Assembly (NCBI GenBank): GCA_964649675.1
Contig: CAZYPX010000002.1
Location: forward strand, 1 to 47,133
From: an uncultured Rhodospirillaceae bacterium
Lineage (GTDB): Bacteria > Pseudomonadota > Alphaproteobacteria > UBA9219
DNA: 47,133 nt
Reading direction: 5' to 3'
How positions within the stretch are numbered: the stretch's first letter is position 1; every line of letters starts with the position of its first letter. This document shows, one piece after another, positions 28,313 through 36,808 of the stretch. The translations under genes and the position numbers were made by a program. Below the pieces are notes generated by a model. That model did not search any database and was not told where the DNA came from. It saw only the letters and a list, made by a program, of their open reading frames with translations.

Positions 28313-28942
28313 ATGTATAACACACAAGGAATGGATTTCAACGACGCCGGGCAACAACAGGTCGGCGATTTAATACCAGCCAATACCATCGCCAAAGTGG
28401 TCGCCACGCTTCGTCCGGGTCGCCAGGGACAAGGTGGCTGGGTCACCAAAAGCAACAGCACGGATGCCGAATACTTGAACTTTGAGTTCACCGTTCTCGA
28501 AGGCCCATATGCCAACCGCAAGTTCTGGCAGAACATGACGATTTCCGGCGGCAAAGTCGATGAGCGTGGTCAATCCAAAGCGTGGGGCATCACAAAGGCG
28601 ACCCTTCGCGCCATGCTGGACAGCGCTTTCGGTCTTGATCCTGATGATGACAGCCCAGCCACACGCCAGAAACGCATCACACAGGATTTCGGGTCATTCA
28701 ATGGCCTGCATTTTGTCGCCAAGATCGGCATTGAAAAAGGTAAGGACAATTATCCGGACAAAAACCGCCTTGCCCTCGTGCTGACGCGCAAAAACCCGGA
28801 ATACGCATCGGTGATGTTCGGTGCACAAGCCGGTTACGGCCAGCAGCCCATGCCTGCACAGCAGCCGATGCAGCAAAATCCGGTCCCTCAACAGCAACAG
28901 ACAGGAACGCAAGGCGGAGCCATGCCCTCGTGGGCCCGCTGA
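28313..28942 (+). CDS. Phage protein, possibly DUF669-type ssDNA-binding protein
   Basis: 209 aa. It sits after a Sak4-like ATPase, as is typical for that family. Q/P-rich C-terminal tail. The assignment is from memory of context only. Confidence 0.4.
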   Translation: MYNTQGMDFNDAGQQQVGDLIPANTIAKVVATLRPGRQGQGGWVTKSNSTDAEYLNFEFTVLEGPYANRKFWQNMTISGGKVDERGQSKAWGITKATLRAMLDSAFGLDPDDDSPATRQKRITQDFGSFNGLHFVAKIGIEKGKDNYPDKNRLALVLTRKNPEYASVMFGAQAGYGQQPMPAQQPMQQNPVPQQQQTGTQGGAMPSWAR

Positions 28943-29004
28943 GCCTTTCTTCGCGGCGGGCCTGAAGCTCGCCGTTTTTCCCGATCTTTTGTTGTGGTGC
29001 GACA

Positions 29005-30699
29005 ATGCTGCTTAGGCCGCGTCAGAAAATCTTTGTCGAAAATTGCGTCAAGGCTCTGAAAGAGCGCCAGAACACGCTTGGCGTCGCGCCAACTGGCGCA
29101 GGCAAAACCATTATGCTTTCGGCGGCAACAGGAGATATCCTGCGTGACACGGGCGGTAAAGCCGCAATCCTCGCCCACCGCGATGAACTCACCTCCCAGA
29201 ATGTTCTAAAGTTCTCGCGGGTCAATCCGGGCATCACGACCTCGATTTACGACGCGAACAGTAAATCATGGCGTGGACGTGCGACATTCGCGATGGTGCC
29301 GACACTCGCTCGATCCGACAACCTCTGCATGATGCCGCCTCTTGATCTGCTCGTGATCGACGAGGCCCATCATGCAGCCGCTGAAAGCTATCGCCGGATC
29401 ATCGATAAGGCCAAAGCCAACAATCCGAACGTCCTGCTCTTCGGCCTGACTGCTACGCCCAATCGAGGAGATAAGAAAGCTCTGCGCCCGGTGTTTGACA
29501 ATGTCGGCGATCAGATCCGCCTTTCTGAACTCATCAAGTCCGGGCATCTCGTCCCCCCTCGCACGTTTGTGGTCGACGTTGGGGTGCAGGACGACCTCAA
29601 GAAGGTGCGCAAGACGGCTCTGGACTTCGACATGGCCGAAGTTGCGGAGATCATGGATCGCCCGGTCGTCACCAGTGCTGTAGTCGAACACTGGAAGGAA
29701 AAAGCCGGAAATCGAAAGACGGTCGTTTTTTGCTCTACGGTCGAGCACGCCACAAACGTGACAGAAACGTTCCGACGATCTGGCATTGAGGCTGTACTCG
29801 TCCACGGCGATATGGCCCTTTGCGATCGACGCCTGACGCTCGCCCGTTTTCAGCAAGGCAGCGCGCGCGTCATCGTCAATGTGGCAGTCCTGACGGAAGG
29901 ATGGGATTACCCGCCGACCTCCTGCGTCATCCTTCTGCGGCCCAGTTCCTATCGTTCGACCATGATTCAGATGATCGGGCGCGGCTTGCGAACGATAGAT
30001 CCCAAAGAGCATCCGCATACCATCAAGACCGACTGCATCGTGCTCGACTTCGGCACATCGACCCTGATGCATGGAAGCCTTGAGCAAGACGTTAACCTCG
30101 ATGGCAAGACTGTCGAAGGTGAAGCGCCGACGAAAACCTGTCCTGAATGCGAGGCCACAGTCCCGCTTTCCGCGCGAGAATGCGCGTTGTGCGGTTATGA
30201 GTTTGCATCCGTTTCGGAGGCGGGAGACACCGGCATTGATGTTGATCCTTCCTTGCCGCTTGAGAATTTCACGCTTACCGAGATCGACCTGCTCAAGCGG
30301 AGTAATTTCCGGTGGATCGATCTGTTCGGCGATGACGCTGCTTTGATGGCATCAGGTTTCTCGGCATGGGCTGCGATCTTCTGGCTCGGCGGCTACTGGC
30401 ATGCCGTGGGCGGTTACGAACGGGCCGTACAGCTGCTCGGCACAGGAGAACGCACGGTCATGATGGCTGTGGCCGACGACTTTCTCAACGAACACGAAAG
30501 CAGCGAAAGCGCCCACAAGACCCGCCGCTGGCTCAACGAACCTGCAAGCGAAAAGCAACTCGCCCTCCTCGGTGAAGAGGCACGGCTCGATTTTAGCATG
30601 ACCAAGTATCGCGCGTCATGCCTGTTGAACTTCCGGTTTAACAAAGGCCGTATCCGTCAACTTGTCGAGAGCGCCGTGTGTAACAGGGAGGCGGCGTGA
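29005..30699 (+). CDS. Superfamily-2 DEAD/DEAH-box helicase with a C4 zinc ribbon
   Basis: 564 aa. Motif I APTGAGKT, II VIDEAHH, III GLTATPNR, VI QMIGRGLR. Zinc ribbon CPECE...CALCG. Confidence 0.85.
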   Translation: MLLRPRQKIFVENCVKALKERQNTLGVAPTGAGKTIMLSAATGDILRDTGGKAAILAHRDELTSQNVLKFSRVNPGITTSIYDANSKSWRGRATFAMVPTLARSDNLCMMPPLDLLVIDEAHHAAAESYRRIIDKAKANNPNVLLFGLTATPNRGDKKALRPVFDNVGDQIRLSELIKSGHLVPPRTFVVDVGVQDDLKKVRKTALDFDMAEVAEIMDRPVVTSAVVEHWKEKAGNRKTVVFCSTVEHATNVTETFRRSGIEAVLVHGDMALCDRRLTLARFQQGSARVIVNVAVLTEGWDYPPTSCVILLRPSSYRSTMIQMIGRGLRTIDPKEHPHTIKTDCIVLDFGTSTLMHGSLEQDVNLDGKTVEGEAPTKTCPECEATVPLSARECALCGYEFASVSEAGDTGIDVDPSLPLENFTLTEIDLLKRSNFRWIDLFGDDAALMASGFSAWAAIFWLGGYWHAVGGYERAVQLLGTGERTVMMAVADDFLNEHESSESAHKTRRWLNEPASEKQLALLGEEARLDFSMTKYRASCLLNFRFNKGRIRQLVESAVCNREAA

Positions 30700-31724
30700 A
30701 TGTGCTCGACCTCTTTTCAGGTGTCGGCGGATTCAGCCTCGGCTTCGAAGCAGCAGGTATGCAAACCGTCGCGTTCTGTGAAATCGAGTCGTACTGCCAA
30801 ACAATCCTGCGCGAGCGATGGCCCGGCGTGCCCATCCATGACGATGTGCGAAAGCTCGACGGCGCAAAATACAGGGGAACAGCTGACGTTGTTTGCGGCG
30901 GATACCCTTGCCAGCCTTTCAGCATGGCAGGACGACGCGCTGGCGCGGAAGATGAAAGACACCTCTGGCCGGAAATGCTGCGCGTTATTCGAGGCTGCAG
31001 GCCGCGATGGGTCGTTGCCGAGAATGTTGCTGGGCATATTACGCTCGGTTTCGACGAGGTTGCCGCATCGCTGGAAGCTGAAGGCTTCACCGTCTGGCCG
31101 TTTGTACTTCCAGCTTGCGCCGTTGGCGCCCCCCACCGGCGCGACCGACTCTGGATTGTGGCTCACGCCACGGGCGAACGAAAGCAGCGAGAGACCGGAG
31201 ACGTTTTTGAAACGAATGGGCGATCGCAGCGCGAGATGTCGAGGCAGTCTGACGGCGCAAGTGTTGTGGCCCACGCCAAACGTGAGGGGCTTCACAAACG
31301 ACGGAAGCGTGACGGCGCTTGCGGCAAAATGCGACAATTTCGAAGAATTTGCGGGGATGGCCTATCGAGCTGGAATAGGCAAAAAGCGACGCCTCTGGCC
31401 GACTCCCCACGGCTTCAGTCCGGACGGCAAAAGCAACGGGCCGAGCGGAAACGAGTTAGGTCGGGCCGTCAACAAATCGCTGCGCCTGTTGCCGACGCCG
31501 ACAGTCCAGGACGCCTCCAACAATGGCGGGCCTTCCCAGCATTTCCGGAACTCCTTGCCCCTCAATGCAGCGGTTGGTGGGAGTCTGAACCCGCTGTGGG
31601 TCGAGTGGCTCATGGGATACCCCATCGGGTGGACAGGTTGCGCGCGCTCGGCAACGCCATCGTCCCGCAAATTGCGGCGATCATCGGACAAGCCATCATG
31701 ACCTATGAACAGGAGAACCCGTGA
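30696..31724 (+). CDS. DNA (cytosine-5)-methyltransferase (frame A of a dual-frame locus)
   Basis: 342 aa. Motif I DLFSGVGGFSLG, IV GGYPCQPFSMAG, VI VAENV, VIII HRRDRLWIVA, X RLRALGNAIVPQ. The central ~150 aa are low-complexity R/G/Q/E/S-rich. Confidence 0.8.
   Translation: MNVLDLFSGVGGFSLGFEAAGMQTVAFCEIESYCQTILRERWPGVPIHDDVRKLDGAKYRGTADVVCGGYPCQPFSMAGRRAGAEDERHLWPEMLRVIRGCRPRWVVAENVAGHITLGFDEVAASLEAEGFTVWPFVLPACAVGAPHRRDRLWIVAHATGERKQRETGDVFETNGRSQREMSRQSDGASVVAHAKREGLHKRRKRDGACGKMRQFRRICGDGLSSWNRQKATPLADSPRLQSGRQKQRAERKRVRSGRQQIAAPVADADSPGRLQQWRAFPAFPELLAPQCSGWWESEPAVGRVAHGIPHRVDRLRALGNAIVPQIAAIIGQAIMTYEQENP
30838..31701 (+). other. Alternative +1 frame ORF fully nested in the C5-MTase gene, with protein-like content (frame B)
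   Basis: Open from 30700 (internal ATGs at 30838 and 30844). Four recurring motifs: LWLTP, LWPTP, LWPTP, LLPTP. Ends ...SLNPLWVEWLMGYPIGWT. See findings. Confidence 0.35.
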
Positions 31725-32062
31725 AATGGTGCGCCATTTGTTATCGCGAGCAACGCGGCTTCGGCTTTATGCCTGCGCTTATCAGGCAACCGAAAAAGCC
31801 TGCGCGCAGGTTCTGCAGCATGCGCTGCCTCAACAGCTACGCAAAATTATTCAAGGAGACCGGCGGCATGATTGACATGACGGACTTTGAACGCTCGGCT
31901 ATTCAAGGCTGCCTCAGACCGCTCGCTGAATGCGTGGCGGAGATCGGTATGAACAAGCCCCTGTCAGCCTACAGCAAGGAAGATATCCTTACGCTGATCG
32001 AAGTCATTGTCACCGCCTATCAAAACGAGATGCGCAAAGGCAGCCCCGAGGTGCCGTTTTGA
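31721..32062 (+). CDS. Hypothetical phage protein with an N-terminal Cys cluster
   Basis: 113 aa. CAIC...CSMRC. Coupled to neighbouring genes. Confidence 0.5.
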   Translation: MKWCAICYREQRGFGFMPALIRQPKKPARRFCSMRCLNSYAKLFKETGGMIDMTDFERSAIQGCLRPLAECVAEIGMNKPLSAYSKEDILTLIEVIVTAYQNEMRKGSPEVPF

Positions 32063-32064
32063 GC

Positions 32065-32832
32065 ATGCTCGATTTTAATCATGGCTCTGATCGTCCTGCT
32101 GTCGACCCTCGCTCGATCCCCATTCGTGACCGGATCAACGATCTCATCGATGCGGCCTTGTTGGCCGAGCGCGAACAGCAGCCACGCCGTGATTATTTGG
32201 GCGCGTCGATGCTCGGTAATGCTTGCATACGGCGCGTCCAATACGAATATGCCGGTGCACCGAAAGACCCTGGCGCAGATTTCGATGGCAAGACACTGCG
32301 CATCTTCGATGCCGGACATCAATTCGAAGCGCTTTCGATCAAATGGCTTTGCGCCGCTGGTTTCGATCTGCGCACGCAAAAAGCGGACGGCAAGCAATTC
32401 GGATTCTCTGTCGCTAAAGGCAGGATCAAAGGCCATATCGATGGCGTCATCTTGGCGGGGCCATCGTTCCTCTCTTATCCCATGCTGTGGGAGCACAAAG
32501 CTCTCAACGACAAGAACTGGCAGGATGTCGTCAAGCGTGGGCTTGCGATTTCCAAACCGCTCTATGCCGCGCAAGTTGCCCTTTATCAGGGCTACATACC
32601 CGATCTCGCGGAAAACCCTGCCTTGTTCACGGCCCTGAACAAAGACACGGAAGAGCTTCATCACGAACTCGTCCCCTTCGATTGCGCTCTGGCCCAAAGC
32701 GTCAGCGATAAAGCCGTCAACATTCTCCAAGCCACCGATGCTGGCATTCTTCTCCCCCGTATCGCCGCCAATCCCGATTTCTACGAATGCAAATTCTGTC
32801 CCTACGCCAAGCGGTGTTGGCATGGCGCATGA
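32065..32832 (+). CDS. PD-(D/E)XK nuclease with Cas4/AddB-type Fe-S cysteines
   Basis: Start at the ATG at 32065, 2 nt after the previous stop (the track ORF starts at 31930). GHIDGV ... WEHKALN (D...ExK). One N-terminal Cys (GNACIRR) plus C-terminal CKFCPYAKRC. Confidence 0.7.
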   Translation: MLDFNHGSDRPAVDPRSIPIRDRINDLIDAALLAEREQQPRRDYLGASMLGNACIRRVQYEYAGAPKDPGADFDGKTLRIFDAGHQFEALSIKWLCAAGFDLRTQKADGKQFGFSVAKGRIKGHIDGVILAGPSFLSYPMLWEHKALNDKNWQDVVKRGLAISKPLYAAQVALYQGYIPDLAENPALFTALNKDTEELHHELVPFDCALAQSVSDKAVNILQATDAGILLPRIAANPDFYECKFCPYAKRCWHGA

Positions 32833-34984
32833 GATGGATTTCAATGATGCCCGTAAACAAGGCGACACCGACAAGCACGCCAAGATCGATGTCGTGCGCC
32901 TGAAAGAACGCATCGCAGATTGCCATCGCCAAATCCTCGATCACCTTCTGCCCAATGGCAAATACGTCGGCGAAGAATTCTATTGCGGCGATACCTACGG
33001 TGCGCCGGGCGAGAGCCTCAAGATCAGCGTGCGCAAAAACAAGATGGGCGTGGGCGAAGATTTTGCCACCGGGCAAAAGTTCGGCGACTTAATTGATCTT
33101 TGGAAGGTTGTCCGCCGCGAGGATTATCTCACCGCGATTAGAAACATCGCCGACTTTTTGAGCTTTGCGGAACGCGAACCTAAACCATCAAAATCGAAGT
33201 CAGCCAAATCTCCCGATATTGGCCCTCCTGTTGCCCAGTACAATTACACGGACGCCAAAGGCGACATTCAACTCGTTGTCTACCGGCATGAGTATGAGGA
33301 AAACGGCAAACGCAAAAAGAGCTTCCGAATTTGGAACGCGATCACCAAAAAATCAGAAGCGCCAAAGACAAACCGCCCACTCTATAACCTGCATCGCATA
33401 GCCAATGCCGAACGCGTCATTCTGACCGAGGGTGAAAAAGCTGCTGACGCCCTGATTAACAAAGACATACCGGTCACAAGTGCCTTGTGCGGATCCAACG
33501 CGCCTCCCGAAAAAACTGACTGGTCGCCATTGGCCGGAAAGCATGTGCTGATATGGCCCGATAACGATGCCCCTGGCATGTCGTTCGCCCATGCGGCCGC
33601 CAAAGCCGCGCTCGCCGCCAAAGCGGCCAGCGTCGGGATCATACCAATCCCTGAAGGCAAACCCGAAGGCTGGGACGCCGCCGATGCCGTCGGCGAAAGC
33701 ATGGACGTCCGCACATTTATCGACACGGCCAACTGCGAAACTGTCGCGCCACCTCCCAACGTCCCGCTCCCAGCCTATCCGGTGGGCGTCATCCTTGATG
33801 ACAACAGCCCTATGCCGGACGACCTGATTGCGCCACGCATCTTAACGCCGGGCGGTCTTTTCGTGCTCGGCGGTGCGCCAAAAGTCGGCAAGACGGATTT
33901 CGGCTTAAACCTGCTCGTACACATGGCGGCAGGCATTCCGTTCCTTGGAATGAAACCGCCGCGCCCGCTCAAAGTTTTCTATCTGCAAGCCGAGATTGGC
34001 TATTATTACCTGCGCGAACGGCTGAAGCAGATGAAGTTCGATCCTGACTTTCTGCCGCTCGTCCGGGAAAATCTAGTCATCACGCCGCAGGTACGCTTGA
34101 TCCTCGACGAAAAAGGCGTCGAGATGGTGCGAGATGCCATCTTGCAATTCTTTGATCCGAAGCTGCTTGATATCATTGCTATCGATCCGCTGCGCAACGT
34201 GTTCGATCCGGGCGAAAGCGGCAACGAAAACGACAACACCGCCATGCTCGCGTTCCTGCAGGATCGCGTGGAGAAACTCAGGTTTCTGGTCAATCCGGAT
34301 GCGGGCATCATTCTTGCCCACCACACGCGGAAAATTACCAAAAGGATGCTGGAGGAAGACCCGTTTCAAGCACTCAGCGGTGCCGGAAGTCTGCGCAGCT
34401 TTTACACCACCGGCGCGATCATGTTTCGGCCTGACGAGCAGCAGACCATGCGTGAGCTTATGTTCGAGCTGCGCAACGGCAAGGCCATCCCTTCAAAATA
34501 CATCGATAAAGTCGATGGAGCATGGTGCGAAGTCCCGCATCATTCGAAGCGTCTGGTCAACAAAGAGCATGGCGAGAAACTCGATAATGAGCGCCGCCGT
34601 CGCCATGACGTAATTCTTCAACTCATTTACGACGAAGGAAGGCAAGGTCGTCTCTACAGTCCCACACAGTTTTGCCAAGCCTTCGAAAACAAGGCGGGCC
34701 TCGGCGGTCGACATTCCATTCATGATCGCATTGATGTTCTGACCACCAAGGGCTTTATCAAATTCCACAAGGAAGATCTCTCCGTCAAAAGCAAGTTCGG
34801 CATGATGTGCATCGAAGGCATGGAAGTGCCCGGCTCAGAGTCAAGTGTTGACCCGCAGACGGGCGAGATCACAGACGTCCTGATCCCGTATTTACCCACT
34901 CACTTCAAGCAGCCGAGCGATGGAGCAATTCTGCCGGTCGAAAACCCCGAAATCTGGGTCTACCACGGGGAGAGCGAAGCATGA
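32822..34984 (+). CDS. Bifunctional Toprim primase / RecA-fold replicative helicase (RepA/AAA_25-like)
   Basis: Toprim motifs ILTEGEKAADAL and IWPDNDAPG. P-loop LGGAPKVGKTDF and Walker B DIIAIDPL. The start is 32822 or 32834. Confidence 0.8.
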   Translation: MAHEMDFNDARKQGDTDKHAKIDVVRLKERIADCHRQILDHLLPNGKYVGEEFYCGDTYGAPGESLKISVRKNKMGVGEDFATGQKFGDLIDLWKVVRREDYLTAIRNIADFLSFAEREPKPSKSKSAKSPDIGPPVAQYNYTDAKGDIQLVVYRHEYEENGKRKKSFRIWNAITKKSEAPKTNRPLYNLHRIANAERVILTEGEKAADALINKDIPVTSALCGSNAPPEKTDWSPLAGKHVLIWPDNDAPGMSFAHAAAKAALAAKAASVGIIPIPEGKPEGWDAADAVGESMDVRTFIDTANCETVAPPPNVPLPAYPVGVILDDNSPMPDDLIAPRILTPGGLFVLGGAPKVGKTDFGLNLLVHMAAGIPFLGMKPPRPLKVFYLQAEIGYYYLRERLKQMKFDPDFLPLVRENLVITPQVRLILDEKGVEMVRDAILQFFDPKLLDIIAIDPLRNVFDPGESGNENDNTAMLAFLQDRVEKLRFLVNPDAGIILAHHTRKITKRMLEEDPFQALSGAGSLRSFYTTGAIMFRPDEQQTMRELMFELRNGKAIPSKYIDKVDGAWCEVPHHSKRLVNKEHGEKLDNERRRRHDVILQLIYDEGRQGRLYSPTQFCQAFENKAGLGGRHSIHDRIDVLTTKGFIKFHKEDLSVKSKFGMMCIEGMEVPGSESSVDPQTGEITDVLIPYLPTHFKQPSDGAILPVENPEIWVYHGESEA

Positions 34985-35019
34985 ATTTTTCCCCCAATAA
35001 CGTATCCAAGCTGGCCGTA

Positions 35020-35208
35020 ATTCCTGGCCGAATTTTTGTGATTCCTGGCAAGAATTACGTAATTCCTGGCCTCGCGTTATTCCTGCATTCCTGGCTTTGC
35101 GTTTTTAATCAATGGGTTACACATGATTCCAGGAATTACGCGTTATTCCTGGCTGCATTCTTGGATTCTTGGAAATTCACTTTGCATTTCAAAAGGTTGT
35201 CCAGGAAT
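35020..35208. repeat. Iteron array, ATTCCTGG(C) x10 (two inverted); probable phage replication origin
   Basis: Copies at 35020, 35041, 35062, 35079, 35087, 35129(inv), 35145, 35157, 35165 and 35201(inv). The first three are spaced exactly 21 bp apart. Immediately downstream of the primase-helicase gene. Confidence 0.65.
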
Positions 35209-35360
35209 GCAGAAATCACGCCACCCCTCTCTCCCTACGGGAGAGAGAGACGCCATACGGCGTTCTCTCCTCCTACGGTCGAGGGAGTTGCGCAAGTGGT
35301 TCGGCCTGCTGCCACCAATCCATCTCCAATTTCCCAATCACAACGAAAGGAGGCTTAGCG

Positions 35361-35678
35361 ATGACAGCACCCCTGATCAAAGCGCGTGATGCAAAAATAA
35401 CCTGGAACTGTTCTCACACAGGGCGCGTCTATGACGTGCGTGTGCGAGATCGCTTCGAACCCGCCGAAGAGCGAACATGCTCAAGTGGCGCGGTGTGGTC
35501 AACATGGATGCGCGCGCAGAAAATGCCGCCCGAAGCCGTCTTCGGTGAATTGCTTCTGCGTTACGGTTTCACAACGCCTGAAGAAGCCCGCATTGCCCTT
35601 TTACAATTCTCGAAAATTGATAGCTGCACATGGGCACGCGCAATGCTCAAGGTTGGTATGTACGGAGCGCAGCCATGA
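35361..35678 (+). CDS. Hypothetical phage protein
   Basis: 105 aa from the ATG at 35361, preceded by AAAGGAGG. The longer track ORF (35169) crosses the iteron and hairpin region. Confidence 0.45.
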   Translation: MTAPLIKARDAKITWNCSHTGRVYDVRVRDRFEPAEERTCSSGAVWSTWMRAQKMPPEAVFGELLLRYGFTTPEEARIALLQFSKIDSCTWARAMLKVGMYGAQP

Positions 35679-36106
35679 ACCGCCGCAAGGTCATCACCGT
35701 TGTCGATGTCGCTGATCGTTTGGAACAGGCTGCGCACACGCTCAAGCGTTTACCCAAAATCGCTGTGCAAGGATACTTCGGTACGTGGCCGTCCATCGTA
35801 CGCGAAGCAATAGAAGCTTACGGTTGGGATGATGCTCACATCCATCCCGGCCCGCCATCACCTCGGCACATTACCGAGATGGACGAAGCATTGCGCTGGT
35901 TGATGTGGCTTGAAGTCGAGGAAGTTAAACTCGTGTGGCTGCGTGCATACGGCATACGCTGGAAATCAATTTCCAAGCTTTCCGGCTGGTCAGTGCGTAA
36001 ACTGCAGCACGACTGGCGCATTGCGCTCGTCAAAATTGCGCATCGTCTGGCTAATCCCACGGAGAAATTCGAGTTTCCGTACAAGCGAATTATCCGAAAC
36101 GGTTAA
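35675..36106 (+). CDS. Hypothetical phage protein, possible DNA-binding/regulatory role
   Basis: 143 aa from the ATG at 35675 (ATGA coupling). C-terminus WKSISKLSGWSVRKLQHDWRIALVKIA looks like a sigma-region-4/HTH element. Confidence 0.45.
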   Translation: MNRRKVITVVDVADRLEQAAHTLKRLPKIAVQGYFGTWPSIVREAIEAYGWDDAHIHPGPPSPRHITEMDEALRWLMWLEVEEVKLVWLRAYGIRWKSISKLSGWSVRKLQHDWRIALVKIAHRLANPTEKFEFPYKRIIRNG

Positions 36107-36251
36107 GGAAAAATGCGCAAAAATTGGTTAAGCGATTCAAATCATTGAAAAAAGTCGTGCGCATTTTAGTTGTGCGCACTTTACGGAGTTTTTGGCATAT
36201 TTGTTGGCATGATCGGGAGAACCACGCGCGGCTAACGGCAGACGGTCATTA

Positions 36252-36670
36252 GATACTGTCGAACACTGTTTCCACACTCAGCAATCATCGTACAAGAACA
36301 CGGCGCGATCCGCATCACAGATTGCCGACTTTCACGAACTGTCATCTGACACTGTCGAAACATATCCGCACATTCAGCAACCTGTGATCGGATGCATGCT
36401 GACAATCGATCCGAAGATTGCTCAATCTCATGAACATTCGAGTGACACTGTTCGGACATGTCGTGAGATTCAGCAATAACCGGAAAGGTTCGGCGCAAGA
36501 AACGCGCTACAGATGATCGACGCTCGTTGAACACTATCGGACACTGTTCGAACATGTGCTCACATTCAGCAATAACCGAAAAGGTTGTGAGCGGAAAAAG
36601 CAAAACAGATTGCTCGTTTCGTTGAAGACTGTCCGACACTGTCAGACCTCTCACAGTGTTGCCGCACAGC
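36252..36670. repeat. Tandem array of about 4.4 copies of a 96-bp unit
   Basis: Unit starts at 36252, 36348, 36444, 36540 and 36635 (periods 96, 96, 96, 95). Conserved ~38-nt core GAYACTGTYCGRAACAYNTNNNCACAYTCAGCAAYNAYCG. Second conserved block ACAGATTGCYC...GTTGAAnACTnTC. Confidence 0.85.
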
Positions 36671-36808
36671 CGCGCTGTTGCCTGATAATCGCGGGTCCTC
36701 CGTGGGCCTCAGCGTATGCTGGCGGCAAGAGCGCGGTACTTTTCTAGGCACAGCCCTGAAAAGCGGGAAGCCACCCAGAGGAATCCAGAAGCCACCTGAA
36801 GGAACTTT

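Noticed and set aside
27395-28357. 320-aa minus-strand ORF opposite the Sak4-like ATPase gene. Similar antisense ORFs at 29266..30087, 32020..32913, 8325..9287, 6046..6630 and 1179..1655
   Set aside because: All lie antisense to genes with clear motifs. They lack RBS and start context and have junk-like composition.
34981-35358. 125-aa plus-strand ORF (repeated VIPG) after the primase-helicase gene
   Set aside because: Its apparent peptide repeats are just the translation of the ATTCCTGG iterons. The second half crosses hairpins. A non-coding origin region is more parsimonious.
36252-36670. CRISPR-array interpretation of the 96-bp repeats (about 38-nt conserved core plus about 58-nt variable part)
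   Set aside because: The cores are only about 70-85% identical to each other, and the 'spacers' are themselves homologous between units. There are no cas genes or leader. It is a diverged tandem duplication, not repeat-spacer architecture.
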